From Dicyema japonicum (taxonomy: Eukaryota > Animalia > Dicyemida), in contig RDEW01000004.1 in the NCBI GenBank assembly GCA_011109175.1, positions 24,996 through 88,995 of the forward strand: DNA of 64,000 nucleotides, in the 5' to 3' direction. Under the pieces are notes generated by a model. That model was not told the DNA's origin, searched no databases, and worked only from the letters and a program-made list of their open reading frames with translations. A program made the translations under genes and the position numbers. Below are positions 36,835 through 49,191 of this stretch, in pieces (position 1 is the stretch's first letter; each line of letters opens with the position of its first letter).

Positions 36835-39800
36835 ATTAGTTAGTTAAGAGCTCTTTCGCGTGGCCCTAAAAGGGGTTCGCTTGAGCCATGTTTTGCAGCC
36901 ATCCTCCTCGCCATCCTCGCCCACGCCATCTTGTTCCTGGCCCTCATTCGAACATCATCCAGATCGTCCGCTGTCACCAATTTACGACTATTTTTTGTTC
37001 GTAGTCATCTTTTAAGCAGGTTGGAAGTGTGTTTCTTGGTCTGCCTCGAAATCCGCGACTTCCGGCGTAGTAGAAATATTCTTCCATTATTCTGTTACAT
37101 GGCGTAGTCGGGTCCAGTCTGAGGATATGTCCAAATAGTCGCCATCTCGATAAAATAACATCGGTGCTGAGTGGTCTGGATTTACATCGTGAATATAGAT
37201 TTTCATTTGAGATTTTTCTCGGCCAAAAAATTCCAATCAACATGCGGAGTTGGTTCCTGTGAAAAGTATCTAGCTTCTCTAAATCAATTTTAGAACATGC
37301 CCATGTTCCGGAATTGTATAGCAAAATTGGTTTAACAAACGTGTCGTATAGTCTGACACGAAGTTTCAGTGATACATGTTTTTTCCTTATCCAAATTTGG
37401 TACATTTTTTTGAAGTATATGGTAGCCAGCATTTTCCTTCGACAAATATCCTCAGCATCACCTAGCAGTGAGCCGAGTTTTTTGGTATGTCTCCAGCACT
37501 CATCGTTCCTTGATTCTGCTCGTTCGACTCGTGTATAATCAGTTTTTTTAATGTTTATGCGTAAATCCCAATTCTTAAAAATACGTTCGGCTTGAAGTAA
37601 AATTTGGTCAAGTATTTCTTGGTCGGTAGACACAAAGTCTACATCATCCGCATAAATTAACTCTGTTATGTCCCGGTATTTAGGACCCATGACATTTCTC
37701 AATTCCTTGAGCGCAGCTTCGAGGTAAACAATAAATATAATTGGGGACAAGGAATCTCCTTGTGGAGTGCCCATGTTGGTACTGAAACTCTTCGAATGCT
37801 TTGTTCCTATTCTCACGGATAGGTCAGTTTCGGAAAGTAATAAACTTATTAGTCTCAGGCAGTCCTCGTCAAGCAGTTCCTTTAGAACAATCATGAGTTT
37901 TTCTCTATTGATGCTGTCAAAAGCCTTCGTTAGATCAATTCCTAGGATGTAGATTACTTTCGTGTATTTTTGACATATTGATGTGAGCCATCGATGACTC
38001 CACACAATATCTGAGGTTGATCTTCCACTTCTAAACCCACTTTGACTTAGGGAAAGGTATTTTTCCACTGGCTCTCGTATACGGTTAAGCACTATGATCG
38101 ATAAGGTTTTCCTGATAACTGACAATAGAATAATAGGTCTTAGTCCGTCCAACGACCCTTCTTTTTTCCCAGGTTTATGTATTGGAATTAAGACTCCATG
38201 TCCCAAAGGAAGTGGACAGTGAAGTTCCATCGACTCATTTAAGATATTCGTGATTATATTCCCAACAGTAACCGGGGCATGTTTTAGTAACTCACCCGGA
38301 ATGCCATCATAACCAGCCGACCGATTTCCCTTTAGATGCATAAATGCATCGGTTACTTCCTTTATTGTAATTTTGTTTGTAAGGGGTCTCGGATATCCAA
38401 TAAATTTAGGTACATTCATCCCTTCAGATTTAAACAACGACTCGAAGTGTCTAGCAATATAATTTGCTTTATCCTCAGGGTTTTGAAGATATTGACCTTC
38501 GTCGTCACAGACTTTCAGTGGTTTCTTTGCAGTTCCTCGTGTAAGTAGTCTAACAGCAGAGAACATTCGTCTTCCATACTGACAGTTTTCGATTTCAGTT
38601 GCTTTATCGTCCAAATATTTGTGCCAAAGGATATTTGATCGTCTTCTTATCAGATGCGATATTTGATTGCGTTTTCTCCTTAATGCACATTTATTCGAAT
38701 TTGAACTTCCCAGTTTCGAACGTATTTCTTTCTGCTGCTCAGACAATTCTCGAATTAAGGGGTCATGAATCATTCGTCTATTTTGGTCTTTTTCCTGGTA
38801 TCCAACAGTCTCTATCGCCGACAGTTTTAGAATATCCAAGATCTTCCCGAGGTCAGTCGAGGGGGTGCCACTGGGTTCAACTCCACGTAAACGTTTAGAG
38901 ACATTTTGTTGGTATCTCTTTTGCCAAGTGTCAAAAGTCAACATTTCCACAGCCAAACGTCTATTTAGAGGTGTGCTTTTCCTCTTGACTGCCTCAATTC
39001 CGTAGTATCGTTTGAGATTTAATCTGGCCACCGTTAGCTTATGGTCACTGTCAGTAGTGGTTCCTCCATAACTCCTAGAGTCAGACAGAAGTCTCTTCAA
39101 GGAGATAGGGCAGATAATGTAGTCTATTTGGTTGAATATGCACGTATGTTCGTCTTTGGACCTTCTTATGCCAACCCAGGTAGTTCTATGTTTTGCTGGG
39201 TGTTTAAAAGTGGTATTGCATAGATACAGATTTGATGAATTACAAAAATCCATGAGTGAGTGTCCAGAGAGATTACGATACCCTCTGCCATATTTTCCCA
39301 TACAGACTTCGTCGTGCCTTCTCATGCCAGCCTTGGCATTCCAGTCACCACAGATAAATATAAGTGCAGATCGATGAACTCGCATATATGTATTCGATAG
39401 GATTTGATAAAACTCTTCCAACTCATCCATATTTTTGGAAACTCTGCCATGTGTGGGGCATATACATTGATAACAGTCATCATAGTATTGTTTGTAGATG
39501 ATAAACACAATTGCATAACGGCAACACGATCACTGACTGTCCATACTTTATGCAAGCAGTTCACTAGGTTCGAGTTAATTGCAAAACCAAGACCGTAATG
39601 TCGATTTTCTGATGGGAGTAGAAGAATCCGGTAGTTACCAATGGTTTCATCGGATCCTAGGGCGTTCTTTGTTTCCTGTATGCAGCAAATGTCGATTTTG
39701 TAACGGGACAGATCTTCGGATAATAGTTCCCTCTTGATCAGAGATGAGAGGCCACGAACATTGTATGTGGCGATGGAAAACAAGGATTTTGCATTTAGAC

Positions 39801-39852
39801 ATGATAAAGACATGAATTTTTCTAGAGAAGAAAAACAGAAGCACGTCACCAT
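36835..39852 (-). mobile_element. Full-length RTE-clade LINE; single APE-RT ORF (959 aa if one C is restored near 39455)
   Basis: TYNVRG, IQET, GDWNA, IDYI, SDH (APE); QSGFR, DLTKAFD, GTPQGDSLSP, YADD (RT); stop at 36974; (TAAC)n tail at 36835-36847. Confidence 0.93.
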
Positions 39853-40039
39853 TCAACCGAAAAAAGGCATATTGGAAGATCTTATTCAAATTAAGAAAAA
39901 AGAAAATATCCATATTCAATACAAGGAAAGAGTTTCTCAGAGATAATTGGTGTTTCGAGTTAACTCGGAGGAGGTTTTACCGAAATTTATCTGCCAGCTT
40001 CTGAAATTATCTGCCAATTCGAAAAAGTCAGCTTCTAAT

Positions 40040-40370
40040 GTTTAAATCGTTATCATGCTGTGAGACTCTGGAAGGAGTCAATAGATATCGATATTTAGGT
40101 GTTTTTTGAAGATGGGGGAAGTAATGTTCTCAAGAATAAAGTATGGATTCCATTCTTGAAAATGTTAAGAAGAGGATAACCACGCTGTCAAAAATTAAGT
40201 TAAATCCGGTGAACTTGTTTCTCAATAAATGAATACGCAATCTCCCTGTGTGACTGTTATATTGGAGTAATTGATATTGAACCTTATGAATTTGATGATA
40301 TTGACCCCCATATACGGCCAATCAAAATGAGAACAATATCAAAATGAGATAATGATAATCGCAGTAGGAA
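40040..40370 (+). mobile_element. R4/Dong-like RT fragment
   Basis: Paralogous to 22970-23200 (YRYLG..., KLN.VNLF..INEY). Confidence 0.6.
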
Positions 40371-40899
40371 TTACACTTCGGGATCGCCTAAAACAGGTGG
40401 AAGTCGAAAAATGTCACAAGATTTCCTTGCAAGTGAGCTTTTTGCTTTTCTACCATTGTCAAGTAAAGATTACCCCACTGTTTTCTCAAGGAGCAACAAG
40501 AACTTAATTTTCAAGGAGCAACAAGAATTGGTTGTGTTGAAGAGGACTCTCGAAAGTATGCTAATTGGTACCCATCATGAGTTTGCCTCTGCTTCTGACC
40601 AGCTTGTAGAGCTTACCGTGAAGACATTCTATTGAATGTTAACAGAGATATAATAACTCCCAATATATCACTCTCAGATTGCAGACTATCCCCAACAAAC
40701 CTTAAATTATACTATAGATCACTGGAATCATTTAATGTAAATTATCAGAGGACTCAGAGACAAGTACCTCACCTACGTAGTCTAAATAGAATCACCAATT
40801 CACGTGATAGTTAGTTTTGGTTTTACCGTGGTCTTGGGTGTTAAATAAAATAGAAGAAACACTTTTAGCAATAGGAAATTTTTGTTTTCCGGCATTACG

Positions 40900-41550
40900 T
40901 AATTTTATTAACCCCGGAATCACAAGAAAAAAGAGTTATTGTCTAAGCTAAGTGATCCTGGTGTCCATCTTTGGAGTGTTGGATTAACCCCCCACAAAGG
41001 AGAAGGTTTCTTCTTTTATCTCGGACAGGCGTCCATATATAGCTTGATTTCAGGGGATTTTCAGAAGACTTTGCCATTTTGAAAAAGTCTCAGTGACATT
41101 GAGGTAAACATAGTTACATGTGAATTTCCTGGTGACATTCTTAGGCAGTTCTTCAATAACCAAAGAGCTCCAGGTTTAATGGGTTGCATCCTCACCTCTA
41201 AGATATTTCGCTGCAATCACGAGATCATCCGCGTAGGGTAAAAGAATTGAATTTTTGGTAATTTGGAGGAGGGGTAAATGAGGAACATATTAAATAGCGT
41301 TGGTGACAACGGTGATCCTTAGTTAGTTAAGTAACCCTAGCCTCACTAACTTGTAGGAGGCCAGCAGCTTGTAAGTAGTAGCAATTTTCGATGTGGTTTC
41401 AGCTTCACGTGGAGAAAATTGGATACTAGTATCAATCTGGCAACTAAAAGAACCACAATTATTCCCCTGTCAACCTCTTCAGCGACCTCTGGGAAGTCGG
41501 ACTGGATGATGGCGGCTATTGAACGGTGATCCTTGTGGAACTTATTTGGA
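40900..41550 (-). mobile_element. Family A LINE RT/3' fragment, interrupted at the QGS motif by a nested insertion
   Basis: VPQ|GSPLSPTLFNMFL, YADDL; family 3' end at 40905-40960. Confidence 0.7.
41321..41521 (-). mobile_element. 201-bp SINE-like insertion with family B LINE 3' tail and 13-bp TSD
   Basis: AACGGTGATCCTT at 41308-41320 and 41522-41534; last about 50 nt match 59701-59755. Confidence 0.8.
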
Positions 41551-41741
41551 AGAAATCGCGGTTTTGATCATATTTATAATAATATTAAATGTTTATTACA
41601 ATAAAAAACCATATTTACAGTAAATCATATATATAAAATAATAAAAAACGACATGACAAATAAAAATCTATTATATTGACTTTATAACTATTTATATAAA
41701 CATTTTTTATTAAAATCAAATTGAACAGTTTGACTGTATTA

Positions 41742-43443
41742 TGTCACATGGGCGGCGCGTAACGCATGGGCAGCCTGTTACATTTTTTCGACCTTGAAAA
41801 GGTCTTTTGATTATCCGACATTATTATTATTATTAAGGATCACTGGGTCAAAAAAGAAAGAAATAAAAGTTCTCATCTAACTAAGTGATCCCAGACCGAC
41901 AAAGATGAGGATGAGTCTCTCATTAGATTATCCGACATTTAATTTTATATATCCGATTTATATCGTGATTTAATTCTGTTAAATTAGTTTTTTATTCATA
42001 AATGTTATGATTATAAAGATTTTATTTTTTATAGCGGTAAACCTAGATTTCTAGCGTGATTTATAGCATGGAAGATTATTTTGTTGCAATGGCTTCTTAC
42101 AAGGGTTTTGTGAAAGATTGCGTTGAATATCAAACTTTAAAAGATGCTTTGCATGATAAATTTCCCGAAAATCTTCCGAGACACCGAAAATATAGGCTTG
42201 TAAAGAAGATAGAGAATTTTTCTATTATCAATGACAGGTATTGTAAATTTTCAATAATTTTAGACTATCTTAAATCAACTGATCCCAAGTTAGTCATATC
42301 CCTGGATAATGAAACCGAAATGGAGCATGTTGCGAAATCGTTGCACAAGTTTTCACACGGAGGAGTCAATAAAATTGAGTATGAATGTCGACACAGATAC
42401 TTCACTGTAAAGAATGAGATTATCAGAAAAGTCATTCGAAATTGTGAAGTCTGCAAATTTTCGCTGGTAAAGAAGTATGTGAAAACTTAAGATCTTTGTT
42501 CCGCCTGAATGGGCCATGTAAATTTCTTCAGTCGGACAATGGTTCTGAATTTAAAAATCAAGAAATAACAAAACTTTGCGGAGATTTTAACATTAAGCAA
42601 ATTCACGGAAGGCCTAACAATCCACGAGCACATTGTCGAAAGAATCAGACGATCACGAGGAAGTTGTCAAAAATGCTGGATAACAGTGAAAAAAAGTGGC
42701 TTGATGAATTAGAAAGTGCTGTCTACAGTTACAACATATCGGTCCATTCATTTTCTAACGAAAGTCCTTTCGAAAGATATCGAGGAATTAAGGGAATAAA
42801 TTCAATAATTAATGGTTATACTTATATCACATTATGACTTAGATAATTTAAGTGATGAGTGTGCGATTCCAGAACAAATTGACGATTTGGTTAATTGTTC
42901 GACTCCAGAATCTATTGAAAATTCACGTAGTTTGATTTAAAAAATTTATATCTAGATAATTCCCAGTCAGATAATTTGTGTCCGAATGCGAAGAGATTCA
43001 ATTTCGAAATTAAATCGATTGAAGAAAATTTGAATTATTACAAAGCTATGAACAGGAAAATGAATGTTCATAATAGTAAATATACTTTTAACATGGGAGA
43101 TAAAGTATGAATCAAAAACATTAATAAATAGGTTCGGGCTAAAAAGGACTTTGAAACAAATCCCTCATTGCGACTGGATAAGTTTAAGTCTCAGTATTAT
43201 CCAGTTGCAGAAATAATTAATATTTTATCGAATAATCGCGTGGAGGTAGTTTTAAATAGTTTAATTTGATAGATAAAAAATTCGAAAGGAGAAATATCGA
43301 CTGTATTAATGAGTAGACTAAAAAAAGTTACTTAAATTTAATTTTTTATGGTTAATAAATCATTTATATAATTAATTGAAGTTAATCTTGGTTCAAGGTT
43401 AATGTAACAGGCTGCCCATAGGTAACGCTTGGCCCATGTGACA
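41742..43443 (+). mobile_element. Ginger2/Tdd-like DNA transposon, internally deleted, with TIRs and 5-bp TSD
   Basis: 41-bp imperfect TIRs 41742-41782 and 43403-43443 (TGTCACATGGGC...); TATTA on both flanks; H2C2 motif HKFSHGG...CEVC and core LQSDNGSEF...HGRPNNP...WLDEL. Confidence 0.85.
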
Positions 43444-43526
43444 TATTATTCCCACTGATGAGTCTAAAATAGACTACAATTGTTATTGCCGGATAAAGTG
43501 TCATCTATACAAGTCAGTACAATAAG

Positions 43527-46023
43527 TTAATAATATACCTTATACTCATCGTTTTCTTTACTAATAGCATGAGAGTCGTTGACATCTTCAATAATAGGAG
43601 ACTTAATATCATCGCCCTCGTTGATTACACTCATAGGAGATTCAGCATGAATATTCAAATTGGCTTCTCTCACATAATCAATAGTGAATTTCTTACTGGT
43701 TTTTGTGCTTAGTAGAGGTTCTTTATCCTCATGGTCATAATCAGTTAATTCTAATATAAGTAATATTTAACCACTAATCCACTTTAGTGGATTATCAGAC
43801 TCCATAACCTCATCGTTAAGCACACATCCATTCTCAAATACAAGTTCATGATTAGATATTCCAAAGCAATCTGAAATTACTAGCTAAATAACCATCAAAT
43901 CCTCTAACATGCCTCATACAATCTTCAAAAAGTGGAGGAATCTCAGATGCGACAGGGGACAGTTGAATCTGAGTCTTAGAGAGGCGAACCTCCTCTTCGT
44001 CAAACGAAAACAGCTCTTCGAGCTCCATGAATGAGAAATGTTGGTTAAATAAATTATCCTTGTCATCTGGCTTATTGAGAAGACCACGGTTTATGGTATC
44101 CTTGAAGACTTGTCTCCTGTAAATCTTCTCTTCCACAGTCCCACAAGTAATGAGTCTATAGATCACGACAGGTCGGGTCTGTCCTACTCTATGAGCTCGG
44201 GCCACCGCCTGATTATCGTTGGCAGGGTTCCAACTTGGATCATCTACAATGAAGTCCTTCCCTTACAAATCACAACTCTATCCGCTCCGGTGAGGTTCAG
44301 TCCGACACCACCAACCATGGTTGTAAGCAGTAAGAAGGACACTCGACTACCCTTATCCTGAAACGTCCTAATAATCTCTTTCCTCCGCTCTTTAGAAGTA
44401 ATACTACCGTCCAGTCTCAGCAAGGAATGTCTCTGCTAATAAAAAGGGAACAAAACCTGTCCAGTAAGAATATTCTCTATCATATCCAACACAACTAAGG
44501 ATCTGCTGAAGATTAGAGTTCTGTGACCCTCGGCTCGGAGGGAATTTAACAGTCTAATTACAAATTTCAATTTTCCTGATGCCTCCATCAGCTCAATGGG
44601 GTTCGGATTTAGTTCGTAAAGCTGCTGAAAACTAAAGTAAAAAATTATCGAGTACGTGGACTCCAAATCCTTTCTCCCTGAGAATATCTCAGTCAGCTCC
44701 CTAACACGTGAAATAGGCAATCTGAAAGGATGGTCAGATAGTTTCTTCAAATTTTGAATTGATATAAGCGGGGACTATGAAATGACTTAATTAGTATACT
44801 CTTTTAAAGTCATCAGCATCAATTAATAGTTTGTACAGAGATATCTGTTGTTTACTCAGATATGTCCAACAAACAAGGTCTAGTTTTGGGGGAATTTTGA
44901 TATATTTTGATTTTGTCCCCGTGCATCTAAGATATCATCAAAACAAACGATAACCACAAGCACAAAGTAATCATAGTATACCAAAATAACAGAGAGCAGT
45001 AAATAGAAACAAAAAGCAAGCAAAAAGTAAAATCATTTAATAAGCCAAAATGACTAAGCAAATTTGAACTATGAAAATATACCAAAATTATTCAAATGTG
45101 ACTTAAATATTTATGATCAAAGTATCCACAAAAATACATTTTAGAGCAAGTGTCTTCCATCAAGACAAGGGTATTAATTTCATCCTTGGTTCGTCGAAGA
45201 ACGTATGGGTCCATCAAATCCTTTAAGTATGTAAGTAATCTGCTTCCAACATTAAACTGTTCTGGTGAGCATCCCTTCACATTTGCCTACAAATAAGCCA
45301 ATTTCTTGCCTGGTTAATTTTTTTCACATATACTTTCTTAAAGTTAGTTTTGGTCCCCAGTTGATTATTCTTGTTCATTATAAAGTCCCAGATGGACCAC
45401 AACTCCTGAAATAATAATGTCCAACAAAACCATCAAATTATTTTGCAGTGGAGTCCCTGTAAGCACAAGTTTCTTTCTGGCTGACAAGGACTTCATAATT
45501 TTGGTAGTTTTGGATTCATTCCTCAGTACGTGGCCTTCGTCTAGTACAAGAAAGTCCTGTGTTCAGCAAAAAGTCATACAAATATAATCCCACTAAGATG
45601 ATCAAAAGAGGCCATGACAGTGTTGTAGGTAGTAATGAGGACTCCTTTGCTGTTGAAGTGTCTTCTCAACGCTTCCAACTTGTCGTTTCGATGAAAGACG
45701 TTGAATGGGAATTTAATGTCCCTGAAATTTCACTTAAAGATACCATTTTTCAAATTCTTCCAGCCAGTTTTGAAGCAAATTCGAGGGAACTACAGTAAGA
45801 ATCGTGGTAGAGGGATTCTTTTGGTAGATTAGTTCAATATATGCGATTGCTTGTATAGTTTTCCCTAATCTACAGATTGACATAATTTTGAAATAAACCC
45901 CATTTCATCAGCTAAAATAGCTCCATTTGATCTCTCCAAACATTTAGTAATCCATTCTACGCCAAATTTCTGGTAGTCGTAGAGTTCATCAAAAATGTTT
46001 ACTCGCCCCAACACGTTCGGCAT
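43527..46023 (-). CDS. ERCC6L: ERCC6L/PICH-like SNF2 DNA translocase, multi-exon
   Basis: ILADEMGLGKT, LDEGH, LTGTPLQN, SGKLKF..LL..LRAEGHRTLIFS, VGGVGLNLT, RAHRVGQ...RLITCGTVEEKIYRRQVFK, GISNHELVF. Ends are approximate. Confidence 0.88.
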
Positions 46024-46099
46024 ATTACCTTATTCTCCCCGCTATCTATTCATTATTTTATGATAATCTTTATTTAACAAACAATAAAAAAGTTAATAT

Positions 46100-46620
46100 A
46101 TTTAATAATCAACAACCTTCCTCGCCTGCCTGTTCGCCAGCCTCCTCAGGCAGGTTCGATTCTGGTTGCTGAAACAACTCCGAGAGCGCCTTGTCCAATT
46201 GAACCCTCTGCCCATATGGCATCTCAGGGCTCTGCCTCCTATACTCCAGTGTCAGGCTCTCTAGGGTTAACACAGTGGACTGTAGATAGGCTTGGAGCTT
46301 CCTATCTACCCCTAACTGCTTCAGATAACCCTTGTGCTACTTTGTTGCAATTCCTTCCCACGTCATTACTATAGGAATAACGAGGACCTTGCAACCAAGC
46401 ATCTGCCCCATCTCGTTTGCTAGAAAGTCATACTTCTTTTTTTCTCCACCTCCACAGTCTGCAAACGGTCTTGAGACGTGATGCCAACTTTTATGATAAG
46501 GACTTGGCCAGACTCCTTATCGTGTACCACAATGTCCGGTTTATTGTGCTTGACTATGGTTAAAGTTACAAATATGCATGGAGAATCTGCAACTTTAAAT
46601 TTTAGACTTAATGTGGTATC
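46100..46620 (-). mobile_element. R4/Dong-like RLE C-terminal fragment
   Basis: KHNKPDIVVHDK...KVGITSQDRLQTVEVEKKR. Confidence 0.7.
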
Positions 46621-46639
46621 AGATTTTATTGATTTAATC

Positions 46640-47117
46640 AAAAATAAAATCAAAATTTTTATAATGCCGAAGAAACTGGTTTATTTTACGAAATGATACC
46701 TCCAAAAGTGTTTGTAAAAAACCTTAATCAGAGAGATTTTATATCGAAATTGACTACAATAAAAATGAAGAACTTGATTTGAATGATTCGGAGAAAATAG
46801 AACAATAAATTGATAGTGAAGAACCCCTTGAAGAAAGTCAGAAATGTGTAACTATTAGCGATGCTTTTCTAGTCTTAAATAAATTATCGAATTCTATAAT
46901 CAAAAGAATTCTTTAATGTGGAAAATCTTGAGTCTATTGGAAAGCTTGGATCTTCAATCATCCGAACTCTAAAAAAACAAATCAAAACTTACTGATTTTT
47001 GCTTATAAATAATTTTTTTAATTTACATTATTAATGGATGAAAAAATCAATAAGTCTCTCGAATCCGCCAGATTTTGCCGATCCCCAAAATTGGCGGATT
47101 CGAGAGACTTTACTGTA
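46640..47117 (+). mobile_element. pogo/Tigger 3' end with palindromic terminal repeat and TA
   Basis: Acidic C-terminus ending KQ..KLTDF; perfect 19-bp inverted repeat 47052-47070/47092-47110; ends ...TTTACTG then TA at 47116-47117. Confidence 0.7.
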
Positions 47118-47439
47118 TGAAGACTTTGAGTTTCTAAAAATTTCGATCAATATCACTCCTGTCATGTGTCGTGACCTACAATGCTAATTTCAAAACCTTT
47201 CTACTTTAATCATTTCAAAACACTAATGCAAGATCCCAGAGATCCCGGATATGGGGAATAATGGGAGACAGTCCACGTGGGTAAAAAATCAAAACTTTAT
47301 TTTTTTAACTACTTATTTAAACACTCTTCTTACAAATGCAATAATAAAATACTTATTTCTAGTCTCCCAAGCACTTTAAATCTAGCTCCTGCCTGTCGCG
47401 TCCTGTCGCGAACTTCAATTATTTGACAAACGACGCTGA

Positions 47440-47830
47440 GTCTCTTCTGGGACCTGCACATGGTCTGGTAATAATAAAGAGAATATCTCAGAATGGTCTC
47501 TCAAATTAAATTTAAAGCGCACATTGGTACTCCTCAAGGTGACTCAATGTTACGAATTCTCTTTGTTGTTTATCTGGAAGCTGCTCTTCGGGATCTGAGA
47601 GCTAAAATTGGTTATATTTTAATATATGCGGATGACGTGGATTATGCTTCCATGAGATCAATGATATCAGGATTGCTCTTAATCATGCTCCTGGTTTATT
47701 TGGAGAGTGGTTCCTGAAAATGAACGAACAAAGAACCGAGCGTATCATAATTAAACGAAAAAACAAGCTTACCAATGAGATATGGTGAATAACAAAAGAG
47801 TGTGGTCTTTGTTGTCGACATGGAAGATGT
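47440..47830 (+). mobile_element. RTE RT fragment
   Basis: IGTPQGDS...VYLEAALR...IYADDVDY; a related shorter piece lies at about 53610-53720. Confidence 0.75.
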
Positions 47831-47834
47831 TCAA

Positions 47835-48130
47835 CATTATTATTTAACCCAAGAACACCAATTGTTAATTTAATTGTATTAAACTAATTAGGTGATCCCG
47901 GCCGTCTCCATCAGGTCTCTCATCTTTTTCCGGTGGACCTTCCGAGATCCAACACAGCTTCTCTGAGGACGGGAGGGTTTTGAAAGAAATACAAGAGGGG
48001 TGATGTAATGTCTTCTAGTAAGACCCAATCCATTAGAGCATTGTAGGAAGTTGAAATTCCATTAGAACATAGAAAGATGCTGTCAACAATAGCGCTGAAG
48101 AGACTAAAATCGACATGGCTGAGATACGTT
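47835..48130 (-). mobile_element. Family A LINE 3' fragment
   Basis: Matches 12915-13100; C-terminus RSCVGSRKVHRKKMRDLMETAGIT*. Confidence 0.7.
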
Positions 48131-49191
48131 CATGTTTCAAGACAAGTAAAATATGACTACTTATACTGCTTTACAACTCGGGAACGTAGGGACTAACTCA
48201 GACATGTGTTGATAACTTAATGTTTTTTACAGAAAACAGGACTCTACTAGGAATACGCTACCCATGGTGATAGAAAACCAAGACTTATACTATGGGGATT
48301 ATTTGGACACGTGAATCATGCCATTTCTGCTGCGATATTATAGAATCATACTCTTCTGCTCAGGGTTTTTAGAGGGAAGCCACGAACAGCTTTGCTACCA
48401 ACAATGAAATTTGATCTAAAACATGGTTTAATGACATTAAAGACGCAGATGATCTAAACAGCCTCTGAAACATCACAATCTCATGAAGAGCGTGTAGGAG
48501 TCTAACAAACCGGATCATCCGAGGGTTGGTACAAACGATGGGAAGGATATAACTTTTTTATTACGAATGTGTATCATAATAATTCATCAGGGGAATCAAG
48601 GTGCTTCCTAATTATCGCGAGTTTCCATATGAAAGTAATTTGATGAATTAAGGGTCATTAAAAATTTAAAACTACGACGAGTTTTGAATTGATATATTTC
48701 GACTCAATTGAGCAAAACTGATAAAAGTCCTTGGACCTTTCTTAACGACTCGACTTTATATAAAAAGAACCTGGGCCTACTCGGCAACAGTTTCCAAAAA
48801 TTAATCATTTTTATCAAAATGAACTAAGACAAAGACTGTCCTCAACAGAGGACTCTGGAATGCCCGTCACTCGTATATGATAAAATGAACCTCTCATCTC
48901 AATAGAGATCGTAGAAGCTTGATAGAGGCTCTTTAGACATGTACTCAGAATTAACTAGGGGTTCCCAGTTAACCAATTTAAAGACTATTTCTCCTTTGAT
49001 GCTGTTCAATGACGTAAACGGTCAAGAATCACTCCCCAGTTAACTTGGATGAACTTCCAAAAAATTAAAAATCGTCTCAGATATTGGGATGAACTACACG
49101 AAAAGACGGACAAAAATGGATGAAACTGACATTGCCTTCAGTTTCTTGGTTTGATCACGTTTTGTCATTACTAGGGCCATTTAAATGCTAT

